Shown here in pieces: positions 12,580 through 25,082 of a stretch of DNA of 64,000 nt (within the stretch, counting starts at the first letter, position 1; each line of letters starts with the position of its first letter). A program made the translations under genes and the position numbers. The DNA lies in the NCBI RefSeq assembly GCF_006345805.1, contig NC_043006.1, forward strand, positions 103,168,001 to 103,232,000, given 5' to 3'. This DNA comes from Octopus sinensis. Its lineage: Eukaryota. The notes beneath the pieces are model-generated. The model ran no database searches, was not told the origin of the DNA, and worked only from the letters and a program-made list of their open reading frames with translations.

Positions 12580-13020
12580 CTGTATGGCGACGAACCGGGA
12601 TAAATATTTAGCGGCATTTCGTCCGTTCTTCCGTTCTGAGTTCGAATGCTGCGGCGGTCAACTTGACTATTCATCGTTTGGAGGTCGATAAAATAAGTAC
12701 CTTGAAAAACTGGGATCGATGTAATCGACTTTTCCCCTATTCTACCCGACACCCCAAACTGCTAGCCTTATACCAAAATTTGAAACCAAAATGTAATACA
12801 AACGTAAGGTGATGAGCTGGTAGAAGCGTTAGCACACCGGGCAAAATGCTTAGCGGCATTTCGTCCGTCTTCACGTTCTGTGTTCAAGTTCCGCCGCAGT
12901 CGATTTTACTTTTTCTCCTTTCAGAGTCGATAGAGAAATGTACCAGTTGAATATTGAAGTCGATATAATCGTCTTATCCCCTCCCCCAAAATTGCTGGCT
13001 TTGTGCCAAAAATTGAAATC
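12580..13020 (+). mobile_element. Two tandem family-B SINE copies
   Basis: First copy ~12580-12790; second starts aaggtgatgagctggtagaagcgttagcacaccggg at ~12806. Confidence 0.8.
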
Positions 13021-13263
13021 AATATAAACTTTTTAAATTCAGTCTTTTTGTACACAAACTGGTTTCTTCGATTAATACCTATGTGACATGGTACCCCAAA
13101 GCTTAAATAATTATTTTGAATTGTATACTTCTATTCTTTTAACACAGTCATCTTTCTGTTATTGAAATTACTGTAGATTTGTAAACTGACAATAAATCTT
13201 TTAAAGAATTTCTGCTAATTTTCAAGTGGAACTGTTGTTGAGACGTTATCATCACAACTATAC

Positions 13264-13345
13264 GGTCGTGGATTCAGACTCACCGCTTGGCACATTGGAC
13301 AAGTGTCTTCTACTATAGCCCTGGGCCAACCAAAGCCTTATTAGT
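13264..13345 (+). mobile_element. Family-A SINE fragment
   Basis: ttggacaagtgtcttctactatagccctgggccaaccaaagcc. Confidence 0.7.
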
Positions 13346-13729
13346 GAAATATGTATTTCTGTCTGTCTGTGCCCCTCTCTCTCTTTCTCTCTTTCGGACC
13401 GTTGAATTCTGCACACTTTTCTCTTTCCGTTATTTTCATTATCTCTCCATTTTTCCGTCTTAATTTTTCTATCGAAGAGTGTAGACTCGAAACAAAGGCA
13501 AAAGGTTTTTCCATTCTTCACGAGCGTCAAACTAATACGCCTGTCTTCGTAATTTACTTTCTGTAAATTTGAACTATATATATATATGTACGTATGCATG
13601 TGTGTGTATATATATATATATATATAAATTAAATACCAGTCAAGTACTGAGGTCCAAGGTATCGACCAAAGCTTTCCTTCAAAATTTCTGGTCTTGTGCC
13701 TATATCAGGAACAATTATATTAAAGTTGG

Positions 13730-13925
13730 TAAATTGGATGAATCGTCAGAGCGGCGGACAAGGCGCTTTGTAGTGTTAGTACTGACTGTTAATAATTCTG
13801 TGATCAAATACCGCCGAGGTCTTCGTTACCTCTCGCGGCCAGTAAAATAATGTATACAGATATAGACTGCAGTCAATATAATCGACTGACACTCTCTACT
13901 ACCAGATTTCAGGCATTATGCTTAT
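13730..13925 (+). mobile_element. Highly diverged family-B-like SINE
   Basis: gaatcgtcagagcggcggacaa...caaataccgccgaggtc...gtcaatataatcgact...atttcaggc follows the family-B block order. Confidence 0.55.
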
Positions 13926-14292
13926 TTATATTCGGAACAATGACTTCGAAACAATTTAATGGTTCTTCTAATGGCGGCTTTCATACATGACGTTTCGTTG
14001 TTTTTCCTTTAGCAATTTACGCTTTCTAGATTCTTCTATTAATAAACGAGCATGAAAAATAGCTATTTTCATTGTAACCAAATACCAAATATTTTAATTA
14101 CTTTTTATGGTATTGTTAATAATTGATTTATTAAATATATTACAACACATTGATAATTGGTAGACGTAGCGTTATGAAAATGAATCAATTAGAAAAATCA
14201 AAATTTTCCTTTACTTTTGCCTATTTTAATTGCTGTTGGTATTTATAAAGCTAAACATAACTTTAAAATGATTTGATACTGAGCAAAGTATC

Positions 14293-16858
14293 ATTATTAT
14301 TATTCTATGTTTGACTTTTGCTTTATATTTGTACAAGTTGGCTCCAAGTCTCACCCAGAAACCTCAAGAGACAACAGGGTTGGAAGTTCATGTTGTTGTT
14401 ATGCCTAGTGTGCCATATATTTGGGGGGTGGGGTGTTGTACTAATGAATGTCTAAAAAAATTTTTTTAAATTTTTTTTTAAACCGAAAATTATGTTTGTT
14501 TTAAACCTTGAGATTACATAGAAAGTATTTTGCGTAGGATATGAGCAGTTCCCATGAGCACTATCTTTTGAATTTCTGCCATTTTTGGGTTTCCTGGTAT
14601 CTGAGTTAGGTAGCTATCAGCCCCTTTTGCTATCATTCCCAGGGCACCTATGACAACAGGTATTTTTTAGTCTTCAGCTTCCACATTTTGCTGATTTCTA
14701 TTTCAAGATCTTTATATTTGCTCAGTTCTTGGTAGGTCTTGACAGATACGTTTATATCGATTGGGACAGTCATATCAATGAGGAGGCATGTTCTTTGTTT
14801 GAAGTCTTTCAATATGATGTCTGGCCTATTTGCATCTATCTTTCTGTCAGTTTGAATGGTGAAGTTCCAGAGGAGTGAGATGTGGTCATTTTCAAGCACT
14901 GGGGGTGGTTTGTGTTCGCACCAGTTTTTTTCATGGGGCAAATCCAGGTTTTTGCAGATTACCCAGTGAATATATTGTGCAGCTCTATCGTGCCTGTTGA
15001 GATACTCTGTAGGCGCTAGAAGACTGCATTTGGAGACCACATGGTCAATGGTTTCATTTTGTTGCTTGCATACACGACACGTTGGACTGCTTCTGATCTT
15101 TAATATGTTGGCCTGGTAGTTTATTGTTGGTAGGCATTGATCTTGAGCTGCTATGATAAACCACTCTGTTTCAGATTTTAAGCCAGAGGCCATTAGCCAT
15201 TGATGGGTCAGGGCTTTGTCAACATCTGCATTATTTGCTCTCTTTGGGTATTTGCCATTGAGAGGTTTTTCTTGCCATTTATCATTCAGAATATCTAAGG
15301 CCGCAGATTTAGCACGGGTTTTCATGCGCTTAGCTTTTTCTGTGCTTGTTTCTTGTATGTCTATCTCTAATTCCGAAATTTGTTGTATTCGGAATTCACT
15401 TAGATATTCCTTTGCCTGTTTTGTTACTGAGTATGATGCTTTCTTGTTTTCATGTTTTGAGAAAAGTATTAACATCCACTCCTCAGAGTTTTTCAGGTAG
15501 GTGTCTAGGCCAATTGTAGCAATCTTCATTGCTATTGCCAGTTGTAAAAGTCCACGGCCTCCCTCTTTTCTTGGCAGATAAAGTCGTTCTATATCTGCCT
15601 TAGGGTGGTGCATTCTATGCATTGTCAACAGTTTTCGTATTTTTCTGTCAAGATTACATATTTCAGTAATTGACCAGTTAACGATATTGAAACTGTAAGT
15701 CACGACTGGTATGGCTAATGCATTGATCGCTTCGATCCTGTTTCTTGCATTCAGCTCTGTCTTGAGTATTGCTCTTACTCTGCGATAGCATTCTCTCCTG
15801 ATCCTTTCCTTCATCTCTGAATGCCTTATTCCTTCTCCTTCAATTACCCCTAGATACTTGTAGTTCTCTGCTGGGTCTAATTCTTTTATGACATTCTGCT
15901 GGTCAAGGTTAACGTTAGATGTTTCTGTCATTTTTCCTTTGATAAAGGTAGCTTTTGCGCACTTATCGAGGCCAAATTGCATTCTGATGTCATCACTGAA
16001 TTGTTTGACAATCGCTAGTAAGCCCTTGAGTTGTTGGTCATTTTTTGCAAAGAGTTTTAAACCATCCATGTAAATGAGATGATTTATATTTTTATCAAAC
16101 ATTTTATATCCGTACTGCGCGTCATTGAGCAGTTTTGAGAGAGGTATTAAGGCTAAACAGAAGAGGAGCGGTGATAGTGAGTCACCCTGGAAAATGCCAC
16201 ATGAAATTTTTACATCACCAGCATTTAGAGATTCATTGTCACTGTTCAAAGTTAGTGTGGTTCTCCATGATCTCATACTTACAGACACAAAGTTTCGCAG
16301 AGCAGGTGCTATCTTATACATTTCTAGGCATTTATTAATCCAGCTATGTGGTAGGCTATCAAAGGCCTTTTTATAGTCTATCCAGGCTATTGATAAGTTT
16401 TTGTGTCGTTTGTGACAATCTTCTAAGATCATCTTATTGATGAGTAGTTGATCTTTACAACCGTAGGATCCACGTTTACATCCTTTCTGTTCATTAGGGA
16501 ATATGCTGCTGTCTGTCAAAAAAATATAGGTATATTCCGTCAGGACAGATGTTAGTGTTTTATACATAGTTGTTAAGCAGGTTATGGGTCTATAGTTTTT
16601 GGGTTCATTTGTTTCTTCACTTTTTGGAAGCAGGAATGTTAACCCATTAACTAGCCAAGGAGGCATCCTACTAGGGTGTTGCAGAACATCATTGTAAAGT
16701 TCTGTTAGCAGTTCATGGCTCTCTGGGAAGGCATTCAACCAAAAGTTAGGGATTTTATCCTTTCCTGGAGACTTCCATTTGCTTGACCTCCTGAGAGCAG
16801 ATCTTATATCTTCTACCTTGACACCCTCCCACTTTTGCTCTTCTAAGGAGTCCAGTTC
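14293..16858 (-). mobile_element. R4/Dong-clade retrotransposon copy C (2.56 kb, 5'-truncated)
   Basis: Long RT-CCHC-RLE ORF and ~210-nt 3' UTR ending ...gcaaaagtcaaacatag followed by (AAT)n. The 5' end abuts the TAA tail of copy D. Confidence 0.95.
14648..16858 (-). pseudogene. Reverse transcriptase / zinc finger / restriction-like endonuclease ORF of copy C (disabled)
   Basis: Motifs YRPITCL, WIDYKKAFDS, GIFQGDSLSPLLF, HLIYMDG (YxDD with second D changed to G), CRVC..ETIDHVVSKC and RPDII...IDMTVP. A 1-bp deletion near 14665 relative to copy D truncates the C-terminus. The frame stays open upstream to ~16858 with no start codon. Confidence 0.92.
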
Positions 16859-16928
<70 letters not shown>

Positions 16929-17670
16929 TATGTTTGACTTTTGCTTTATATTTGTACAAGTTGGCTCCAAGTCTCACCCAGAGACCTCAAGAGACAACAG
17001 GTTGGAAGTTCATGTTGTTGTTATGCCTAGTGTGCCATATATTTGGGGGGGGGGTACTAATGAATGTCTAAAAAAGAAAAAATTTTTTTGTTTTAAAAAC
17101 CGAAAATTATGTTTGTTTTAAACCTTGAGATTACATAGAGAGTATTTTGCGTAGGATATTAGCAGTTCCCATGAGCACTATCTTTTGAATTTCTGCCATT
17201 CTTGGGTTTCCTGGTATCTGAGTTAGGTAGCTATCAGCTCCTTTTGCTATCATTCCCAGGGCACCTATGACAACAGGTATTGTTTTAGTCTTCAGGTTCC
17301 ACATTTTGCTGATTTCTATTTCAAGATCTTTATTTTTGCTCAGTTTTTGGTAGGTCTTGACAGATACGTTTATATCGATTGGGACAGTCATATCAATGAG
17401 GAGGCATGTTCTTTGTTTGAAGTCTTTCAATATGATGTCTGGCCTATTTGCATCTATCTTTCTGTCAGTTTGAATGGTGAAGTTCCAGAGGAGTGAGATG
17501 TGGTCATTTTCAAGCACAGGAGGTGGTTTGTGTTCCCACCAGTTTTTTTCATGGGGCAAATCCAGGTTTTTGCAGATTACCCAGTGAATACATTGTGCAG
17601 CTCTATCGTGCCTGTTGAGATACTCTGTAGGCGCTAGAAGACTGCACTTGGAGACCACATGATCAATGGT
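16859..17670 (-). mobile_element. R4/Dong copy D (near-identical to C), 5'-truncated, with (TAA)n tail at 16859-16928
   Basis: Intact RLE C-terminus (TIDHVVSKC...RPDII...PVVIGALG...LRKILSM*); 3' UTR matches copy C. Confidence 0.95.
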
Positions 17671-17686
17671 TATTATTATCATTATT

Positions 17687-17761
<75 letters not shown>

Positions 17762-18133
17762 GTTATTATTATTAAAATTATTATTATCATTATTATTATT
17801 ATTATTATTCAATTCTGATTCCATTTCTTGCTGAGCGTCCTCCAGACACCTGAGGCAGGGAAATGCACTGTATACATTGGTAGGCCATCAAAATATACAC
17901 GTCAGATTGTTCATTTGCAAAGTCATGTGATAGAGAAAAAAGGGAAAGAAAGACAGAAACAATAAAGAGAGAAAATAGGAAAGTTCTCAAAGAATATAAA
18001 GGGGAGGAAATGGAAAGAAAATTAACAGAGACAAAGCTCTTTCTATTACGTGTGACGTACCACTTAAGACAATCTTCTGCACTTCCTCCACGGATGGTAA
18101 GCCAGAGATCATTCTTAAATCATTTTCAGCTCC
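17671..18133 (-). mobile_element. R4/Dong copy E, very short 3' fragment with (TAA)n tail at 17671-17808
   Basis: Minus 18133-18030 translates to GAENDLRMISGLPSVEEVQKIVLSGTSHVIERALSL; 3' UTR end related to copies B/F. Confidence 0.85.
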
Positions 18134-18143
18134 TTTATTATAT

Positions 18144-18211
<68 letters not shown>

Positions 18212-19362
18212 TTATAATTATTATTATTATTATTATTACTTTTTTTTTCTTCTTTCAAATTTGCTTCCATTTCTTGCCGAGTGTCTTCCCGACTCCTAGG
18301 GCAAAGAAACTCATAGTATACATTGGTAGGCCATTAAACCAAACTCAGTAGTTCGTTCATTTAAAAAAAATTTTTTTTTAAGTTAAATTAAAATACATGA
18401 GCAGCAACAGTTTTCACATCGACAATGCTCTTCTCAATACGTGTGATGTACCAGTTAAGACAATCTTTTGCACTTCTTGCAGGGATGGTAAGCCAGGGAT
18501 CATTCTCATATAATTTTGGGTTCCCTTCTTGATCATTCCTAGTGCTCCTACGATCACTGGTATTGTAACCGCCTTGAGATGCCACATTTTCTCAATTTCA
18601 ATGAGTAGGTCTTTATATTTTCTGAGCTTGTCAAACTCTTTCGCTGAGATATTATGATCACAGGGGATGCTCATGTCGATCAATAAGCAAACTTTATTGT
18701 TTTGGTCTTTCACAACAATATCTGGTTTATTGGCCTTGATGGTTCGGTCTGTATGTACTGGAAAGTCCCACAGAATGGTTACATTTTCTCCTTCAGTTAC
18801 AGCCTCAGGGTGGTGATTATACCACTTGTCGGCAGTTTTGATATTGTAATGCCGACTTCTTAGCCAGTGTAGATATTGGCCAACTCTGTCATGTCTTAAT
18901 TTATACTCCACTGGAGCTAAGACTGTACATCCAGAGATTAGGTGGTCCACTGTTTCAATCATGTCGTTGCAGAATCGGCATTTTGGGTCTGCTCCATTTT
19001 TCATCACATTGGCCTGGTAGTTCCGGGTTAATAGGCTTTGATCTTGAGCAGCCAGGATGAAACCTTCACTCTCTGCTTTTAGCCCTGAGCTCCGTAGCCA
19101 CTGATGGGTTTGCTTCTGGTCAACATCAGCTTGTTTGCTGCGGGTCACATATTTGCCGTGCAGAGGTTTCTCCTCCCACCTATCAGCCAATTGCTCGTGC
19201 GCTTTTTTCGTTGCCATTATTTTCACCTTCTTTGCAACAATAATTGCCGTACTTCCCTCGGGTTGTTCTGTTTGGGTATCCTGCACGAGATCAATAGCAA
19301 ATTTTTTGCTTTCCTTTATAATAGAATGAAGCTTCTTTCGTCTCTCGTGATTTTCTGACCTT
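18134..19362 (-). mobile_element. R4/Dong copy F with mixed (TAA)/(TAG) tail at 18134-18240
   Basis: Uninterrupted frame ~19360-18414 with WEEKPLHGKY, CRFC..ETVDHLISGC and KPDIVV..LLIDMSIP. The annotated start at 19433 lies in the 3' UTR of copy G. Confidence 0.93.
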
Positions 19363-20790
19363 TTTATTATTATTATTATTGTTTCATGTTTGACTTTTGC
19401 TTTGCATTTGGACAAGTTGGCTCCAAGTCTCACCCAGAGACCTCAAGCGACAACAAGTTAGAAGTCCATGTTGGTGTTATGCTTAGATGCCATATATTTG
19501 GTTTTGTACATAGTGTTGCTCTAGAGAATGTTTAAGAAAACATAAGAAAATTATATATTTGTTTTAAAATTTGAGATTACATAGACTGTATTTTACGTAG
19601 GATATGGGCTGTTCCCATGAGCACTATCTTTTGACTTTCTACCATTTTGGGGTTTCCTGGTATCAGATCTAGGTAGCAATCATCCCCTTTTGCTATCATT
19701 CCTAGGGCACCTATAACAAAAGGTAATGTTTTAGTCTTCAGGTTTCACATTTTGCCAAGTTCTATTTTAAGATCTTTATACCAGCTCAACTTTTGGTAGG
19801 TCTTGACAGATACGTTTATATCGATTGGGACAGTCATATCAATAAGGAGGCATGATTTTTGTCTGCTTTGTGTCTGATGTCTGGCCTATTTGCATCTATG
19901 TTTCTGTCAGTTTGAATAGTGAAAGAGTGAGATGTGATGACATTCAAGCACTGGAAGTGGTTTGTATTCCCACCAGATTTTATCATTGGGCAAGTCCAAG
20001 TTTTTGCAAATTACCCAGTGAATATATTGTGCAGCTCTATCATGCCTGTTGAGATACTCTGTAGGTGCAAGAAGACTGCACATGGAGACAACATGATCAA
20101 TGGTTTCATTTTGTTGACATACGCGACATGTTGGTAAGCTACCGTCTTTTAATATGTTGGCCTGGCAGTTCCTTGTTAGGTACGCATTGATCTTGGGCTG
20201 CTATGATAAACCCTTCTGTATCTTAAGCCAGAATCCATAAGTCATTGATGGGTAAGGGCTTTGTCAACATCGGCATTATTCACTCTCTTTGGGTATTTGC
20301 CACTGAGGGTTTTGTTTTACCGTTTATCAGTCAGAATATCTAAGGCAGCAGTTTTAGCACTGGTGTTCATGCGCTTAGCTTTTTCTGCGCTTGTTTCTAG
20401 TACGTCTAATTCTGGAATTTGTTGTATTTGGAATTTACTTAGACAGGTAAGTGTCCAGGTCGATTGAGGTAATCTTTATTGTTAATGCCAGTTGTAAAAG
20501 TCCACGGCCTCCCTCCTCTCTTGGCAGATAAAGTCGTTCTATATCTGCCTTAGGGTGGTGCATTCAATGCATTGTCAACATTTTCCATATTTTTCTGTCA
20601 GGATTACGTATTCCAGTAATTGACCAGTTAATAATGTTGAAACTGTAAGTCACGACTGGTATGGCTAAAGCATTGATTGCTTCGATCCAGTTCCTTGCAT
20701 TCATCTCTCTCTCTTGAGTACTGTTCTCACCGTGCAGCAGCATCCTCTTCTGATCCTTTCCCTCATCACTGAATGTTTGATTCCGTCCCC
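19363..20790 (-). mobile_element. R4/Dong copy G, older and diverged member of the C/D family
   Basis: Colinear with copy C (3' UTR gtttgacttttgctt...ccaagtctcacccagagacctc; RLE and late RT region) but with many stops and deletions; short TAA tail at 19363-19381. Confidence 0.9.
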
Positions 20791-21182
20791 TTCAATCTTT
20801 CATTTACCAAGGCATTTAAATAACTCTTTCCTTGAATCCTCTAAGTTCTAGCCAAGTGTGAACTGGCATATTAGGTTCTATTTAATGGTTATTTTATTTA
20901 CACGTTTAAAAGTAAATATCCCATTAAAGATTGGCAGAAATAGTCCGAAACCTGGCTGGATTTTTGGCCCTGTCGCTAGAAGGTGGTAGGGGTTCACACC
21001 CCTGCTTGCAATATAACGGATGCAGCATGCATCGTTAACCGGCTAGAGGAAATGTCCTCTTGGGGTTAAGAAAATCGTAGTAACGTCCGTTTGTACTGAA
21101 CAGCCATGTTGAAGTTAGTTGAAAGTAAATATAGTTCTCTGGAATTTGAACGAAGATTCTTTGTTTCTTTTAAATAAATCTT

Positions 21183-21600
21183 TTAGCCTTTGCTTATTTC
21201 AGTCATTGGTCTGCGGCCATGCCGGGGCTTCGCCCTAAAGGGTTATAGACGGTCAAATCGATCCCAGTACTTATTTAAAACAAAACAGTCAGTTAATTAT
21301 TTAATCGGTGACTTTTTACCGAACTGCTTGGTTAAAGAAACTTAAAATGACGAACACTGTTTGCCAAGTGGTGGAAGGGCAGCAGCAAATACTAAGAATC
21401 CCATATATATGTGCTTATATATATATATATATATGGGGGGTGGTTTGTTTGTGTGTGTGTGTGTGTGCGCGCGCGTGCGTATACGACGGGTCTCTTAGAG
21501 TTTCTGTGTACCAAAATGATTCTCAAGGCTTTCGCTTCCCCAAGGTGCTGCGCTGTGGCACTGAACCAGAAACTATAAGGCTGAAATGAACACTCCGTAG
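21183..21600 (-). mobile_element. Diverged family-A SINE pieces (3' tail ~21183-21275; 5' part ~21478-21600)
   Basis: Reverse complements of the tail (catggccgcag..aatgactgaaa) and of the head (gttcagtgccacagcgcagcaccttggg). Confidence 0.65.
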
Positions 21601-21989
21601 CACATTGCAAAAACTCTCAACATTTTAGAGAGTAAAGCTGGAGGTCGACATGATCTGATGTCATGCTGATGTTCTATCTTTGGTTTCGGTGTTATCAAGG
21701 TATGCACAAATCAGTATGATGTCGAAATATAATTCCATTATTAAATATATTCTGTTCTATTCCTTATATCAATATTTGCCGTATCTTGATAATGAAATTT
21801 GACATTTAATATGAACTTGTCGCAGATTCTTCTTTTAAAAGATCTTTTTCGGATATTTTCTGTTTCAAGCTTATATTAGGATTCAATTGAGTTTATTCTT
21901 GGCTTTTTAAAAATATTTTTCCAGAAAAAATATATCAGCCTTTTTCTGATTAAAAATGAGATTTCCGTGGTATTCGTGGTTGCATTATT

Positions 21990-22235
21990 GTCATGGCCAT
22001 ATATGGTAGTGTGCTTCATACAACGCGGAGAAAATCCCTGGAGAAGGACATCATGCTCGGAATGGTCAGTGGCAAGAGAGGAAGAGGCCGACCAAGAACC
22101 CGCTGGCTTGACACCATCAAGAGTGATACCGGAATGGATATAGCCAATCTGAAAGAAGCGGGCCAGGATAGAACTGACTAGAGGGCACTGATCCAACGAG
22201 TGACCGAGAGTCGACTTCGACTGAGCAGATAGAGA
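21990..22235 (+). mobile_element. RTE/BovB-like LINE 3' end
   Basis: ORF 21993-22181 reads SLEKDIMLGMVSGKRGRGRPRTRWLDTIK, the classic RTE terminal GKRRRGRPR.RW.D motif. Confidence 0.85.
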
Positions 22236-23290
22236 GAGCTTCATACAACAGATAAACTAGCCAGTCGCTTGATCTTAACAGCATGTCCCTTAGTGACTGA
22301 CAATTAACGCAACCATTATGCATATGGAAAAAAACGAATAATTCAGTCTGAGAATTAGACTCTTTTATGAACCGTTACAGCTCATCACCAATAAAAATAA
22401 TAAAAACAAAAACTCGGAAGAAACGTTGGACTATCATTTACCAAGCTTTGTTATGTAGAGCCAAAAGAATACCAGTCAGGTGTTAATCTTACCCCAAGGT
22501 GTTAAAATCTGTCATCTGTGCTTCCTCGAGCATAAAATCTGTAGTGATAAATCGATCTGTCTGAAAGCAGGGGCTGTACTATGAGACATGAGTCATTTTA
22601 AAATAAATTGCTTTTCTCAAAGACCTCGTAATTCTTTCTTTCTCTCCCTCCCTGTATTTCCCTCCCTCTCTCTCTCTCCTTCTTTCTTTCTTTCTCCTTA
22701 ACCAATATTGTAATTAATTTTTCCTCTTCTCGCCCTAAAATGACACCTTTACTTCCACCTTCGATTTTTGTCCATACCTTCCTTCCATGCAAAAGCATCT
22801 CACACCTTTGATTTTGCGCACACTTCTATCGCACCCTCTACATTCCTATTATGTCCCCTCTTTTGCTTTGCAACCGCGCCTGTTTCCACCTCCTCGCAAC
22901 CTCCTCTCACACATTTAACACACACACACACAGGTCCACAAGATACCCTACTCACTCACACAACACTTCCCCATATGCTTATCTTTAAATAATGACACCC
23001 TCTTATACTTGCACATAAACATTTGTCTCTACACCCGTCTGAATTCCCGCAGTAGAACAACACCCGCATCTGAGTTATAATTCTCCATCGTTTTTCGAGT
23101 TTTAAATATTTTTGTTTCTTTTGTCCCATACCAACCTTTTCTCTTTCTCCGAAACGTTAAATGTTTTGTCTCTCCTTTTCAGCACTAAGCCTATGTGTTA
23201 AACTGTGTCAGTTCTTTTCTCTCAGCGCTAATTGCATCTAAAATATATGCATGCATGCATGCGTGCTTTATGTCTGTCTCTCTCTCCCCC

Positions 23291-23339
<49 letters not shown>

Positions 23340-23354
23340 AGTACATTCACGCAA

Positions 23355-23437
<83 letters not shown>

Positions 23438-24854
23438 TATATATGTTTGTGCATAAAAGTATTGTGATCCATAGAGAATAATAATTTCAATATTTTATAA
23501 ATCGAAACAGATAAAAATGTGAAATAATTGAACGATAATTTATTTAGCAATTTCCATGGCATTTGGAATGTACCAACTTTTCGAAGATATGATTTTTTAA
23601 AGGAAGAATTTTGGTAAAACAATGTTTCTACATTTATGGAAAACCTGCTATTGTCTAAGAGAAATGGGGGAAAAAATCTGTCTGTGCATACTTTGTGAGT
23701 GAAAAAGCTTGAGAATGGGAGAGATAGAAGCGGAGGGGGAAAGGGAAGGGGGTAATTTGAAGAGATACTAATGGACATAATAAGCGGAGAGTAGGATGTC
23801 ATGAACTGGTACCGTTTTTATACCTCACACTAACACTCCTAATCTACTACCATTCTATTACTACATATCTGTCTTAAGTCGGACCTCTGACCTGAGCTTT
23901 CTCTTCGTTCAATATTCTGGAAAATATGTGCAGCTTTGGGAATTAAGCGTTAAGAAATAGCAATTTTACTTTCAAGACATACACATCGACGTTTATAGAT
24001 ATAGTTACCATACATCAAGGATAGATTATAAATTACCTGCACTAAGCCAAACTAACATTTTTACTCTGTTTTACCTGCGAAAGCTAAATGCAGATTGCAG
24101 TAAAAGCGATGAAGAGAAGAAAGAAGAGCATAAACAGCCGGAACAGATACTGTAAGATATTTTGCTCAATACTCTAAAGATAATATCATTTCGCCGCCTT
24201 ATTTCTGAAACATTTTAATCTGAATAGTTTTGTTTATGAGTTAGAGTACCTCTCTAAACACTTTCAGTATATAAAATACCATTGCGTATTTATCTTACTG
24301 ACTACAACCTGGAATAAACACTCAGGGTTCTTCTCACAGCACATCTTCTCTCATGTTTTCGTATGTTTTTTTTCTTTCTTTACTTCTAATACATGTTTGT
24401 GTGGCTGCATGGAAATATGTTTGTGTTTGAGTTTCATATTTTATGCGCAAATGTTACATAAGACGTTTGTCATGTAATTCTCATTTTCCTGATTTGTTTT
24501 TTTTTTTTATTATAAGTATCGGTGAATGAGAGTCAACTTATATGTAATGGCATTTTCTCGTTGAATTTTTACCCTTGGGTAGTGTTTTCGTTGATTCATA
24601 GGAAGATCTTTTATAGTTGTTATTTCTCGAATTATCCTCAGTTTTAGAGCGTTAGGTGTTGGGGCTTTTCACCTTAATAGTTACCAATTTTAAAATCATC
24701 TCCATATTCTCTATTATTTAGGTTTTTCGTATGTGCAGGTCTGGTTCCAGCGTTGTCTGCATTTCTAAGTTTTAGATTTGTCATATTTTTTATTTCTTCT
24801 TTCTTGTAAAAGTTTTTTTTTCAAATTTTCATACTTTCGTTGTTGTTGCTATTA

Positions 24855-25075
24855 TTGGTTTCCCATTTTGGCATAAGGATAGCAGGTTCGGAGGAGAATG
24901 TAAGTCGATTACATCGACCCAATGGCTCGTATGGTACTTACTTTTTTTATCGACTCCAAAAGGATGAACGGCAAAGTCGACTTTGGTGGAATTTGATATT
25001 GGAACGTAAGGACGGACGGAATGCGGCTGAGCATTTGCCCGGTGTGCTAACAATTCTGCCAACTCGCTGCTTTGT
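24855..25075 (-). mobile_element. Family-B SINE
   Basis: Reverse complement of the family-B head (gcagcgagttggcagaattgttagcacaccggg) and core. Confidence 0.8.
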
Positions 25076-25082
25076 TGTTGCT

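Noticed and set aside
18414-19433. 339-aa ORF as an independent gene with its own start
   Set aside because: The N-terminal part is copy G's 3' UTR and TAA tail read in frame with 5'-truncated copy F.
24096-24360. Plus-strand micro-exon pair (IAVKAMKRRKKSINSRNRY / FFSQHIFSHVF)
   Set aside because: Weak acceptors, overlap with an equally plausible minus-strand candidate, and no recognisable homology.
24730-24770. tgcag|GTCTGGTTCCAG reading VWFQ like a homeobox exon
   Set aside because: It continues RCLHF* rather than NRR; no other homeodomain sequence nearby.
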